64,000 nucleotides of DNA from the IMG/VR virus record IMGVR_UViG_3300046490_000164, positions 6,170 through 70,169 of that record, one strand, 5' to 3'. Positions 29,001-38,096 of this stretch are shown here, piece after piece. A program made the translations under genes and the position numbers. The first letter of the stretch is position 1, and each line of letters opens with the position of its first letter. The notes beneath the pieces are model-generated. The model made no database searches, was not told the origin of the DNA, and saw only the letters and a program-made list of their open reading frames with translations. This stretch comes from a virus.

Positions 29001-30611
29001 GAGTGGAAGAAGATCATATCAGTCGTCGGCAACGTGATTACCTTCGAGACCCCTATCCACATTACGTACAGGGCTGACGCCAAGCATAATGCTCAACTGG
29101 CCTTCTACGTCGGGGATAACGTAGGAGGCGCGTACGTCCCTCACCTCGAAAATGCTGGCATAGAGAACTTGTCGATTACCAACGGCGACGGCGACGGCAT
29201 CGATATGTCTCGTTGTGCGAGCTGCTGGATGAAGAACCTCGATGTATCCAAGAACCTCGGTAGCGTCGTAATCAACGACGGTTACCGCGACGAGCTCCGC
29301 CATCTATACGTACACGACACCGCCTTCCCGCACGACGGAGGCGCCGGGTATGCGATCACATTCAACAGTCAAAGCGCCGACTGTTTGTTGGAGGACTCGA
29401 TCACCTTCAACTTCAACAAGAACATCGCCGAGCGTAACAGCGGCGCAGGCACAGTGGTCGCCTACAACTACTTCGACGCTTCATATGAAGGATATGACTC
29501 CGCGATCGGGACTGGTGGACTCCCCACCTACAACGACAGTGGAACCGGTGGTACGGCCAACTCATGGGTAGAGGTCGGCATGAACGGCTCTCACCTACTC
29601 GGCCCTCACCACACCTTGTTTGAGGGTAACTACTCTCACAACTATGACTCGGACAATACCTGGGGTCCGTCGATCTACATGACTGTGTTCAGGAACCATC
29701 TGTCCGGTTTCCGTGAAGACTTCACCGACACGTTCACCAAGTACAACAACGGTGGTGCCATCAAGGTCTCGTTCTCGGACACGAAGGGTACTATCTCTGC
29801 CAACTACATTCCTTCGGGGCAGACGGTGCCGGTGGACTACCAGTTCCCCAACGTGTCCTTCGGTCCGCAACGCGCTGTTGGCATCATGGCCGGCACCTAT
29901 TGGCACACCATGGTCGGGAACGTGCTGGGCATCAACATGAATAAGCCGTCAAGCTCTACCAACCTGACGGCCGGGTGGGCCTGCGAACGCACCGGGGCCG
30001 CTTACGAGAAGAGCCTATGGAGACTGGGGTGGAGCGTAGGTGATGCGTGGAATGACGTCGATCCGAACGTCAATGCCACCACACTTCGACACGTCAACTA
30101 CGCGGTCAACACTGGTACGTTGGCAGTCGGGACGGGGAACGCGCAGTGCGGTCAGCCGAGCTACAACCCGTCCGCATCACTGTCGGGGCTCGCTACCCTA
30201 CCCAACTCTCTCTACATCACCACTGGCAAGCCGTCCTTCTTCGGCGCCAATGCCTGGCCCTGGGTGGATCCAGTTTCCGGCACCACATCCGTACTGCCTT
30301 CGAAGACGTGTTTCGACGCAGGGGTGCCGTCTTGCGTGTCCGTAGTCCTCGGCACCAGCGGAACACCATCTACGTCTGGTCAGTCCAGGACATTCACGGC
30401 AACCTTGACCGGGGTTATCGCCATGCCAACAGGGACGGTCAACTTCTACGACGGCACCACTCTTCTCGGAACTGGAACCCTCAACGGATCCGGGGTAGCC
30501 ACCTACACCACTTCCGCTCTCACCGTCGGAACCCATTCCATCTACGCAAACTACCTCGGGGATGCTACCAACCCTAGGGCCTCCGCGAAGGTAGTCCAGG
30601 TCGTCAACTAG
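26016..30611 (+). CDS. second giant fibre/depolymerase (1531 aa): shared N-anchor, Ig-like domain, beta-helix module, C-terminal Ig-like (Big_3-type) domain
   Basis: N-terminal about 130 aa, AVDLSQVDCAKTASTPHNDSQHLRAVQDWNPICLGVKELQTA..., is about 65% identical to the N-terminus of the 16843 gene. The beta-helix module carries DAERIQAAIDSC and the PbH1-like block GGAGYAITFNSQSADCLLEDSITFNFNKNIAERNSGAGTVVAYNYFD. The C-terminus TFTATLTG...GTVNFYDGTTLLGTGTL...YTTSALTVGTHSIYANYLGD fits the Big_3 pattern. Confidence 0.75.
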   Translation: MISLALIVAAALGAVDLSQVDCAKTASTPHNDSQHLRAVQDWNPICLGVKELQTAMILSPPTMSQSGATVTITGPAGSAIYHREDAVVAVAGASGTTSCVSPCAVVVAGSTTISAVVTLDGRLASPALTQAFSVAAVACTSYTYNWGACSSGSQPGSIATQLPSGCNDTSSAVLSQSCGVSSVAVSDRTLTGGSVTQLSATVTTTGSVSSNVSWSWVSGAGNSSSITSGGMYTAPASTASIQTAVVRATSTQDGTKFGTATITIPATVVATTVSVASGGVHDSLSYDPAVHPTSSVTFSATTGQVLVAVCFVDGTGDTCTPTNGSGASSLVWTVIDSSSQAGYIAAYWARVGSTLSNVTVTSPAATNSGTNYLHIDVLDNVYTSNPPIGTHKADGANGVAKAPSETLSACATGSMVMYSGDVWALGSKSSMTAADLVTGNSNTTILSTVTNDSAGKYGYQPVNYFWVGRSVASATGGADSTVGVTQPATGGTWNDLAFEVLPSSYNGTCLAVGGNSGGGGGGGTTDTFVAGTDTNVGNFGAVDIRPGLLVTAAPVATQFTALLANAWSYAAPGIQGMAWAVYSYPADGQPCGTVDSSGMWTPPSPIVPHSTDRTCLIQATSTAQPTARTYAAWIQPANNAVAGATSIVNVSPMATYAPASGGTAAFTATALGTLALNTNTFTTPAPPQTFDWATDVGSINSSGNWSAPGTTSGSIRTATVTATHRATGKKATATVTIAPTGGFTTWVEPADRATKWQPGITYNGGIPARSGAPCATVTPLNSSYNGWQGVSADNTTSDAERIQAAIDSCAPGGVVQLTDGIYYSDSHSANKTSAPYTIMLTRGITLRGTGVWNGTAGTQLQKNFGATMGSYAPSVVAPSGNIPVVRIEPPFAGNLSTVSTSLNVDAQKGALSVTVADASRLAPGMYVVLDELTGVGWQVDLGGKGMILASDDRRVWYRTTTQRSPGTGESDVNLATGSVSGSVAGWYSRYDRKTGEWKKIISVVGNVITFETPIHITYRADAKHNAQLAFYVGDNVGGAYVPHLENAGIENLSITNGDGDGIDMSRCASCWMKNLDVSKNLGSVVINDGYRDELRHLYVHDTAFPHDGGAGYAITFNSQSADCLLEDSITFNFNKNIAERNSGAGTVVAYNYFDASYEGYDSAIGTGGLPTYNDSGTGGTANSWVEVGMNGSHLLGPHHTLFEGNYSHNYDSDNTWGPSIYMTVFRNHLSGFREDFTDTFTKYNNGGAIKVSFSDTKGTISANYIPSGQTVPVDYQFPNVSFGPQRAVGIMAGTYWHTMVGNVLGINMNKPSSSTNLTAGWACERTGAAYEKSLWRLGWSVGDAWNDVDPNVNATTLRHVNYAVNTGTLAVGTGNAQCGQPSYNPSASLSGLATLPNSLYITTGKPSFFGANAWPWVDPVSGTTSVLPSKTCFDAGVPSCVSVVLGTSGTPSTSGQSRTFTATLTGVIAMPTGTVNFYDGTTLLGTGTLNGSGVATYTTSALTVGTHSIYANYLGDATNPRASAKVVQVVN

Positions 30612-30678
30612 ATAAGCTTGCTGTACCCACCCGGTAACACACTTAGTAAGCTACGTACCAAGCACAGGAGATACGGCA

Positions 30679-31488
30679 ATGGCTGACACCGACATGACTC
30701 CGACCACCAACGTCCCACTCGTTCCACAGACCGACCCAAGCGCCAAGGGCATGAGCACGTCAGAGGGCAAGATGGCTGCGGCCATGACCGCCCTGTGCTT
30801 CCTTGGCACGGTGGTACCGACCCTGATGACCATGCTCACCGACATCAAGACGAACTTCCCTGGATGGGGCTGGACTGGGCCAGCCATCGGCATCGTATCG
30901 ATTCTGGCCGGTGCCCTCACCAGCCTCGGCTACATGAACAAGCGTACGGAGCTCAAGCTCGGCCTCATCGACTCCGGCAAGAAGATCGCCGTCCTCCTGC
31001 TCCTCCTAGGGGCGACCAACGCTTCGGCTTCTCCATTGGTCCTCTGCCTACAGAATTGCGAGCCGCAGGTCAGGATGATGAAGGCCGTGAGCCCGGACTC
31101 CACTGTCCCCGTGGTGGAGACGGCCCCTGCCCCCAACCTGTGGTTCGGTCCCGCGGTGGGACTCAACGCCTTCACGCGCTTCTCCGCCGATAATGCCTGG
31201 CAGGCCGGCGTCATCCCGGGGATCGGCTACGGCATCAACTGGAAGCCAGCGAGCTGGACGGTCACCTCGAGCTTGATCGGGCTCAACTTTTATCTCCAGG
31301 CAGCCATGTCGAAGGCCGGCAACGGGCCCAGCACGTTCAACATCGACGTGCTGCCGGTGCTGACCTTCATGGACCTTCTGGCCGTGGGGTACGGGCACCG
31401 CTTCATGTTGGCCACCGAGGCCGGGCAGAAGGACACTGGAGGCGTTCTTCTCACTGTAGGCATCCTCAAGACCATCGGGACTCCGTGA
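30679..31488 (+). CDS. polytopic membrane protein (269 aa, at least 4-6 predicted TM segments); holin-like candidate
   Basis: AGGAGA Shine-Dalgarno motif upstream. Several hydrophobic helices, for example AAMTALCFLGTVVPTLMTML, GPAIGIVSILAGALTSLGYM and IAVLLLLLGATNASASPLVLCL. Its stop overlaps the start of the peptidase gene. Confidence 0.55.
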   Translation: MADTDMTPTTNVPLVPQTDPSAKGMSTSEGKMAAAMTALCFLGTVVPTLMTMLTDIKTNFPGWGWTGPAIGIVSILAGALTSLGYMNKRTELKLGLIDSGKKIAVLLLLLGATNASASPLVLCLQNCEPQVRMMKAVSPDSTVPVVETAPAPNLWFGPAVGLNAFTRFSADNAWQAGVIPGIGYGINWKPASWTVTSSLIGLNFYLQAAMSKAGNGPSTFNIDVLPVLTFMDLLAVGYGHRFMLATEAGQKDTGGVLLTVGILKTIGTP

Positions 31489-32255
31489 TGACCGAGACGA
31501 CGTTGGTGCGCAAGTATGGATGGCACAGAGACATCCCGGACCGTCGGGATCGTCTGGCTATCCCAAAGTTCGCCCTCTCCACTCTTCCCCCTCTCGTCGA
31601 CCTGCGCCCCAAGTTCCCTGTGCCGTGCTACGACCAGGGCGACTTGGGGAGCTGCACGGCCAACGCTCTGGCCGGCGTGGTGGAGTTCGAGCGTCTGAGG
31701 GATGGGGCCACTCCGGACTTCGTCCCTTCGCGTCTCTTCATCTACTACAACGAGCGAATGGTGGAGCACTCGATCCAGAGTGACTCCGGGGCCATGCTCC
31801 GTGACGGTATCAAGGTGCTGGCGAAGCTGGGCGCATGCCCGGAGGTTCTCTGGCCGTACAAGCCTGAGGTCTTCACCGTACGCCCCCCTCCGTTCTGCTA
31901 CGTCGAGGCGAATCGGCACAAGGTCAGATCCTACCAACGTGTCTCTCCGACCGTGAATGGAATCCGCTCTGCCCTGGCGACCGGCTCTCCAGTCGCCTTC
32001 GGCTTCACGGTCTACGAGAGCTTCGAGTCACCTGACGTGGCTAGGACCGGGGTAGCACCGATGCCCGGGCGCAACGAGCGAGCTTTGGGTGGTCATGCTG
32101 TGGCTGCCTTCGGCTACGACGACACCAACCAGCGCCTCATCGTGCGCAACTCCTGGGGACCGAAGTGGGGACAGGAGGGGTACTTCACCCTCCCGTACGG
32201 CTTCCTCGAGGAAGGCCTTGCTGACGACTTCTGGCAAGTAGAGATCGTGTCGTAG
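31488..32255 (+). CDS. papain-family (C1A) cysteine peptidase
   Basis: Catalytic Cys context CYDQGDLGSCTANALAG matches the QGxCGSCWAF consensus. The His/Asn region GGHAVAAFGYDD...IVRNSWGPKWGQEGYFTLPYG matches the C1A hallmark GGHAV...NSWGxxWGxxGY. No propeptide or signal peptide. Confidence 0.7.
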   Translation: MTETTLVRKYGWHRDIPDRRDRLAIPKFALSTLPPLVDLRPKFPVPCYDQGDLGSCTANALAGVVEFERLRDGATPDFVPSRLFIYYNERMVEHSIQSDSGAMLRDGIKVLAKLGACPEVLWPYKPEVFTVRPPPFCYVEANRHKVRSYQRVSPTVNGIRSALATGSPVAFGFTVYESFESPDVARTGVAPMPGRNERALGGHAVAAFGYDDTNQRLIVRNSWGPKWGQEGYFTLPYGFLEEGLADDFWQVEIVS

Positions 32256-32273
32256 GCGCGTGGGTAGAGAGCT

Positions 32274-33509
32274 ATGGCGTCTGCGACGGCCCTCATCACA
32301 CTGCCGACAGGGACAAGAACACTAACCCTGCGGCTGGTGTCTGGCGGTCTAGCGACCGTAGGGGACGTCACAGTCTCCTACCCCATTGCGTACACCGACC
32401 TAGCAGACACTGCCGGAATTTCAGACCTAGCAGTATCCGTCGCAGCGTCGGCGGTAGTCTACGCCGACGCTGTCGCGTCGTCTGACCTCGGCACCGGCTT
32501 GATGGGCTCGGCCACGGCGCAGGCCGTATCCGACGTCTCTTCCATCCCCGACACGTCCGCCACTTTCTACGGTGCGGCAGCGGTGCTCGTCGACTCGACG
32601 AGCATCAGTGACTCGCAACTGTCGATACGCTCGTCGGCGGTGTCGTTGTCGGATCTCACACTCACCAACGACATCACTGCTTCCCTGTTTGGGCATCTGT
32701 CGGGTTCGCAAGATATCGGGCTGATCCAGGATTCGTCTCTCTCCTACCTGTCTAGCTACTGTGCGACGCAGGACCTGGCACATGGAGTCGACTACTCTGA
32801 CTCCGTACTTAGCGGCCAGGCGATCAGCTTCGTCTACGACTCGGCAAGCGTCTACGAAACGATAGCTACACTCATAGGTGGCTCCTCTACCGCTAGCACC
32901 GTCTCGTACGCACACGACACATGTGCTGTGTACGTTGAAGTGATGTACGCGGCGTACGCAGCCATCGCCGCTCTCGACTCGCTACAGCTCGACCATTGGC
33001 TCTGGGTAGGGGTCGAAGATCAGGCTAGCCTCTCCGAGAACAGCCTCGGTCTGTTCTCGGCGTTGTCCTCTGCGCCGGATGTGGGCGGCGTCTCTGACCT
33101 TCCCGTATCGTTGGCAGAGTACGTGTTGGTGTGGCCGGATTTGGTGGGCTCCGTAGACAACGCCAGCCAGGTCAACACCTTCATCTACACCATTGCCGAT
33201 GCAGGCGGGATCGGGAGTGCATTGTGGGCGTCTGCCGGTGCGACGCTTGCTGCCTTTGAGCTGCTCCGCACGACCGACGACTTTTTCGCCTACAGTCGTG
33301 CGAGTGCTAGTGTCCTAGACCTAGGGTGGACGGAGGATGAGCTCGTAGTCGTAGCGGACATCTCTCTTAACCCATCGCCTCTTACTCCTGTGGTCGTTGC
33401 GGTCATGGTCAACAAGCCCCCAGACACCCCCGTCGCAAGGGCCACCGTCTTGGCGATTCCATACAACAATCCCCCGGCCGCCCCAGTCGGAACCGCTACG
33501 GAGGTGTAG
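32274..33509 (+). CDS. Ser/Asp-rich repeat structural protein (411 aa)
   Basis: Periodic SDL/SDS/DSS motifs throughout, for example ISDLAVSV, ASSDLGTG, ISDSQLSI and SLSDLTL. Sits in the structural block. Confidence 0.5.
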   Translation: MASATALITLPTGTRTLTLRLVSGGLATVGDVTVSYPIAYTDLADTAGISDLAVSVAASAVVYADAVASSDLGTGLMGSATAQAVSDVSSIPDTSATFYGAAAVLVDSTSISDSQLSIRSSAVSLSDLTLTNDITASLFGHLSGSQDIGLIQDSSLSYLSSYCATQDLAHGVDYSDSVLSGQAISFVYDSASVYETIATLIGGSSTASTVSYAHDTCAVYVEVMYAAYAAIAALDSLQLDHWLWVGVEDQASLSENSLGLFSALSSAPDVGGVSDLPVSLAEYVLVWPDLVGSVDNASQVNTFIYTIADAGGIGSALWASAGATLAAFELLRTTDDFFAYSRASASVLDLGWTEDELVVVADISLNPSPLTPVVVAVMVNKPPDTPVARATVLAIPYNNPPAAPVGTATEV

Positions 33510-33512
33510 ACG

Positions 33513-34727
33513 ATGTCCATCCAGATCACCTGGCAGCCAAGCACCGATCTCGACATCCAGAACTACCTCCTGGAGCGAGCGGTACTTCTCTCGGGACCGT
33601 GGCACCAGGTCAGTTCCATCCCGCACACCATCCCCGGGCCGAACTGGGACAGCGCGCACTTCGTCTTCTACTACAATGACATGTCCGGCAATGCGGCGAC
33701 GTACTATCGCCTCACCGCGGTGGATCGCGCCGGACAGTCCAGCCCAACCTCAGCACCCTTCAGGTCGACCACTGCGGTGCCGGTAGGTACTCCTGGGCTA
33801 GTCACAACCCTCTCCATACCTGCCGGAAACGTGTCCGAGCTTTTGACGCTAGGCTACTACACGATCGAGATCTGGCGCTCTGCTGATGACGGGGCAACCT
33901 GGAATGAGCTCACCGCCCCTCTGGCTTTGGGCGCCGCCATCTACTCCGATCTCTTCCGCAACACCATGCGGATCGGCGGCCTGTCCTTCTCGGTACAGGT
34001 GGATGGCGGTACGACCACCACCATCTCGTTCCCCGGAGAGATTCTTCAGAACTGGACCACCTCCCAGGTGGTGCTGAGGATCAACGAGGTGGTTCCGGGT
34101 CTGGCCTCCGTGAGAGGCATGACAGTGCGTTTGATGAGCCCGAGCACTGGCAGGGCCAGCAGCCTGACCATCGTCTCGGACCAGACTGGAATGTTTGGGG
34201 CTGTCTCCGTACATGGGCTCGATCAGAGGATCCTCCTCGCCAGCGGCGTGATGCTCTACCGCTACTACGATGAGGTCCCTGCCACGCCTGGTGCCAGGTA
34301 TCGGTGGCGCTTCTCAGCAGACGGTGAGGCTCCTTACTCCAACTTCTTCGACTACTCGACTGGGCAGAAGAAGCCTCTGCTCGACACGTCGCTCATGTCT
34401 GTGGCCACCGCCATCTTCACAGACCTCAGTGGGCGCGCCGTGCAGCGTTCGGTGGTGATGACCGCAGTGGGCGCACCGACCTTCAAGAACGGGCTCGTCA
34501 TCGGTGCTGAGCGGTCTCGTGTATACGAATCGGACGGTGACGGGTTCCTCCAGGTAGAGCTTGTACGCGGTACGACAGTACGAGTGGGGATCGAGGGAAC
34601 CAACGTCGTCAGGGAGTTCGTCGTCCCGGACGTTCCGACCTTCGACCTGTTGCAGATCATGTCCACTCTGTCGGACCGGTTCGACGTGCAATCCACGCTT
34701 CCTATCATCAACAGGAGACATGTCTAA
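33513..34727 (+). CDS. hypothetical structural protein (404 aa) with an N-terminal fibronectin-III-like segment
   Basis: N-terminus MSIQITWQPSTDLDIQNYLLERAV...YYRLTAVDRAGQSS resembles an FN3 beta-sandwich (W...Y...Y pattern). Confidence 0.5.
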   Translation: MSIQITWQPSTDLDIQNYLLERAVLLSGPWHQVSSIPHTIPGPNWDSAHFVFYYNDMSGNAATYYRLTAVDRAGQSSPTSAPFRSTTAVPVGTPGLVTTLSIPAGNVSELLTLGYYTIEIWRSADDGATWNELTAPLALGAAIYSDLFRNTMRIGGLSFSVQVDGGTTTTISFPGEILQNWTTSQVVLRINEVVPGLASVRGMTVRLMSPSTGRASSLTIVSDQTGMFGAVSVHGLDQRILLASGVMLYRYYDEVPATPGARYRWRFSADGEAPYSNFFDYSTGQKKPLLDTSLMSVATAIFTDLSGRAVQRSVVMTAVGAPTFKNGLVIGAERSRVYESDGDGFLQVELVRGTTVRVGIEGTNVVREFVVPDVPTFDLLQIMSTLSDRFDVQSTLPIINRRHV

Positions 34728-35656
34728 TGGCTATGCCAGTGGACATCTTCGTGGCAGGAGACGGTCTTCAACCTACCGCGCTCGAGGGTGTGTCTGTTGC
34801 GGTTTTGAGCGACACGACCTCCGAGCTTCTCGCCAACGCCCTTACAGACTCTGATGGGAGGGCTGCCTTCCTTCTGCCTGGGGGCATACCGGGTGTGGTC
34901 TACGAAGTTCGTCTGTACAAGAAGGGCGTGGCGTTCGCCAACCCACAACACATAGAGGTCCTAGATCCTCTCCCTATCGACGATCTGAACCAGTTCGACG
35001 TGACCGGGACCCTCTTCCCGCCAGAGGTCTCCAACGATCCAAGGACGTGCCGCTGCACGGGCTACTTCGTGGGGTTCGACAACTCCCCCCTCCCAGGCAC
35101 CAACGTACGCATCGCCTCGAGACAGGGAGCGGCCGAGCAGGTCCCTCTTGTGGTCGACGGACGTCTAGTTGCCGCGGACTCCATCAACCTCAATGCGGAC
35201 GCACACGGACAGCTAGTGATCGACCTCCTCCGTGGCGGCCGTTACTACGTCTCGGTCGGGGACGAGGACAACACCTGGGACATCCTCGTCCCCGACCGCC
35301 CATCTGCCAACCTCATCGACCTCATACACCCATGCCCGGTCTCGCTTGCGTGGGGTAGCCCAGCTGTCAGCAACACCCTCACCCTGAAGGTCGGCGACAG
35401 TCTCAATGTCGACCTGTCCCTCCTCTTCTCGAACTTCGAGACTCTCACAGAAGGACTATCCCCGTGGATCTTGCTCAGCAGCTCCGACCCTCAAGTGGCC
35501 GCGACCGTTCTTTCGGGAGAGGACAAGGCGGCCATCAACGGGCTGGCTGTGGGGACGGTAATGGTAACGGCAACAGCAGCCGCGGTAGCCAAGCCGGCGC
35601 GCGTGCCGATCTACTCTCTGAACGCACCAACGCTTCAGGTGGTGGTCACACCATAA
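34727..35656 (+). CDS. hypothetical structural protein (309 aa) with a C-terminal Ig-like segment
   Basis: Its start overlaps the previous stop. The C-terminal part, LKVGDSLNVDLS...AINGLAVGTVMVTATAAA, is Big_2-like. Confidence 0.5.
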   Translation: MAMPVDIFVAGDGLQPTALEGVSVAVLSDTTSELLANALTDSDGRAAFLLPGGIPGVVYEVRLYKKGVAFANPQHIEVLDPLPIDDLNQFDVTGTLFPPEVSNDPRTCRCTGYFVGFDNSPLPGTNVRIASRQGAAEQVPLVVDGRLVAADSINLNADAHGQLVIDLLRGGRYYVSVGDEDNTWDILVPDRPSANLIDLIHPCPVSLAWGSPAVSNTLTLKVGDSLNVDLSLLFSNFETLTEGLSPWILLSSSDPQVAATVLSGEDKAAINGLAVGTVMVTATAAAVAKPARVPIYSLNAPTLQVVVTP

Positions 35657-35796
35657 GCTACTCGACCGAATCGATCTGTCGAGAAGCACCTAGCTCCGGG
35701 ATCCACGAACGCTACGCCGGCGTCAGGGCGCTGTGGATCAAGGTCATCATCCGAGCCGTCTTCGACTGGGTCTCCTACAGAGACAGCCCGCGTCTC

Positions 35797-36012
35797 ATGC
35801 AACGCAAGCTGGCAGACAGCGCCAGATCGTGGATCTTCGACGAGAACGAGCTCTTCAATGGGTTCCCTAACGTATGCCGGTGCCTGGATATCGACCCAGA
35901 CCTCGTACGGAAGTGGGCGGGGGCCATGTCGCGCGACCAGGTCGCCAAGATCGAGCACCTCGAGCGTGAGAAACACCTCGAAGTCCCATATCGCTTCCAG
36001 CGGAGGTCGTGA
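35797..36012 (+). CDS. small hypothetical protein (71 aa)
   Basis: First ATG in the open frame after the 35656 stop; the track ORF 35464..36012 was trimmed to it. Leaves a 140-nt apparently non-coding gap upstream. Confidence 0.3.
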   Translation: MQRKLADSARSWIFDENELFNGFPNVCRCLDIDPDLVRKWAGAMSRDQVAKIEHLEREKHLEVPYRFQRRS

Positions 36013-36015
36013 GTA

Positions 36016-38094
36016 GTGGCACTAACGCCGACCGACTTTCTGACAGCTCTCCTCTCGAAGAATCTGGTCGAGAGCAAGGTCGACGGCGTTCCGAACTCCG
36101 ATGTGGAGGGGACAGCCGTCTTCCACACCGTTCTAACGGCTCTCCTCACGTACCCACGAAGCGTACTGCTGATTGCGTATCTGGCCAGGAACAGGCTGCT
36201 CTCCGCCATCTCGGACGAGCTCACCCAGGTCGCGGACCTATCGGCCACCGTGCGTGACCTGGGCAACGTCTCCCTGTCCATAACCGACACCAGCAGCTTG
36301 CAGACCGCCAGAAGCGCACTCCTAGATATGGATGTGCAGGGAAACCTGTCCGCCAACGACTCCTCCTATGGTCGCTTCGATCGGGCAGTCTCGGACTTTC
36401 TCAGGGGACCTGTCGCCTCAAACGTGAAGACGAAGGGCAGTACCTCGTTGGTTCGTCCGTACGTCGAGGCTGTCGCAGCTCTGCCAGCCGACCTGGCTGC
36501 TCTTGAGGTGCTGCACGCCGACACGCTCGACCGATACTACGCTCTTGTGGTCGGGGTGCAGAACTTCGTCGCCTCCGAGGCCGCAGGTCTTTTGGCCTCC
36601 TCCACCGTGTACCGGGCGCAGCAGCGTCTGGCGGACATCATCCAACAGCTCGAGGCCGACCCTTCTGGCATAAGCTCTAGAGACCATGTCGTATCGCTCT
36701 TGAGCCTGCGAGCGGCGTTGAAGGCCTTGAGTGCGAAGCCGGCAGTGGATGCTCCAATAGTTGACACCTCCCTAGGGCTGCCTCTGGGGCACGCCACCAG
36801 GGCGAGGACAGCAGACTGCTTCGCCAGCACTACATCACTGCCGGGACCGTGGCAGACGCCGTACGATGCGTACCTGACTCTGAACGGGGTGCGATCCCTA
36901 CTGCCTGTGCCGACGCTGGATATCTTTGGGCGGGCGGTGGTGGTGGGGAGTCAGGTTGCGTGGCCCGTGACACTGCCCCCGTACGCCGACCTTTACCTAT
37001 CACTGGATGGCACTACTAGCAGGGTCCAGCTCAACCCCACACCCTCTCCTGTGATGGCAACATTCCAGGACATCGTAGATAAGCTCTCCAGTACCTTGAG
37101 TGCCGTGGAGTACGGCACTGGGCGTCTGCTTCTGTCCACCACTGCCGCCTCCCTGGCGGTCGAGGTATCCTTCTCGCAAGCGCATCCGATGGGCCTGGTT
37201 GTGTGCTACACGAACTCCGCTCACCAGCTCCTCGGGCTCTCTACCGGCAAAGTGTCCGCAGGTAGCATTCCAGTCTGGATGATGCTGGACGGCATACGCT
37301 CTGCCTTCTCCGGCCAGGTGTCCGCTACCTCCTTGAGCAACGGCGTCATTCGTCTGACTGCCATAGCTCCGAATGTCCCGATCTCGGTGTCCGGGTTCCC
37401 GGATCTTGGACTGTCGAACGTGTCTCCGAGCACCGACAAGTTGGAGTTCTACGAACCATCTTCCGGTACAGTGCGAGCCGACAGCTTGGTTGATGTGGGA
37501 GATTTCGTATCCATCGGGGGCGCCACACGGTCGGTCGTTGGATTCGATCGGCACTACGCAGTCCTCAACTCCCCCATCACACACACCGACGGGCCTGTGA
37601 CCGTCACCAGCTCGTTGGTGTCGGCCTTCGAGGCCTTTGACGTCACGATGGGTGGGCATCTGCCGATTTGGCTTGCCGCTAGGTTTGCCCAAGACCTGAC
37701 GGTCGTAGACAGAGCTGTAGCTCCGCTGTATGGCTCCCCTACGCCGGCCAACAGGGAGGGCGCTCTGAATGTCCTCGAGGACCTCCAGGGGAGGCTTCGG
37801 GACCTATATGAGGCTCTTCACCCGCAGGCATCTGACCTACCGGCCGGGGCGGCCACGGACGAACGAGCACTGGTAGCCGGACTGGTGCAGACCCTGACGG
37901 AGAGGAAGTTCGACAGAGCCGTGGACATGCTCATGAGGTGTCAGGTCCGGGAGGTATTCGACCTCGACTGGCAGTCAGCCTCGTACGCCGGAGACTTCAT
38001 GCGCTCCATGTCGGACGTGGCTCAGAACGACATGTCCTTCCCGAACACCACTCTTAATGACGAGACGCAGAGCGTCGGAACGGTGACGAGGTAG
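36016..38094 (+). CDS. hypothetical structural protein (692 aa)
   Basis: 2.1-kb ORF beginning 4 nt after the previous stop. No motif recognised. Confidence 0.55.
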   Translation: MALTPTDFLTALLSKNLVESKVDGVPNSDVEGTAVFHTVLTALLTYPRSVLLIAYLARNRLLSAISDELTQVADLSATVRDLGNVSLSITDTSSLQTARSALLDMDVQGNLSANDSSYGRFDRAVSDFLRGPVASNVKTKGSTSLVRPYVEAVAALPADLAALEVLHADTLDRYYALVVGVQNFVASEAAGLLASSTVYRAQQRLADIIQQLEADPSGISSRDHVVSLLSLRAALKALSAKPAVDAPIVDTSLGLPLGHATRARTADCFASTTSLPGPWQTPYDAYLTLNGVRSLLPVPTLDIFGRAVVVGSQVAWPVTLPPYADLYLSLDGTTSRVQLNPTPSPVMATFQDIVDKLSSTLSAVEYGTGRLLLSTTAASLAVEVSFSQAHPMGLVVCYTNSAHQLLGLSTGKVSAGSIPVWMMLDGIRSAFSGQVSATSLSNGVIRLTAIAPNVPISVSGFPDLGLSNVSPSTDKLEFYEPSSGTVRADSLVDVGDFVSIGGATRSVVGFDRHYAVLNSPITHTDGPVTVTSSLVSAFEAFDVTMGGHLPIWLAARFAQDLTVVDRAVAPLYGSPTPANREGALNVLEDLQGRLRDLYEALHPQASDLPAGAATDERALVAGLVQTLTERKFDRAVDMLMRCQVREVFDLDWQSASYAGDFMRSMSDVAQNDMSFPNTTLNDETQSVGTVTR

Positions 38095-38096
38095 CC

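Noticed and set aside
12437-30611. Diversity-generating retroelement (template/variable repeat pair) targeting the fibre genes
   Set aside because: The internal repeats differ at many positions of all base types (about 75-80% identity) rather than the adenine-specific pattern of a DGR. No reverse-transcriptase ORF is present in the window.
35657-35796. Extension of the small 35797 gene across the 140-nt gap (track ORF 35464..36012) and a short hairpin CTCGAC-n12-GTCGAG at about 35662-35685
   Set aside because: No start codon exists in that frame between the 35656 stop and the ATG at 35797. The hairpin is only 6 bp with a 12-nt loop and no U-tract.
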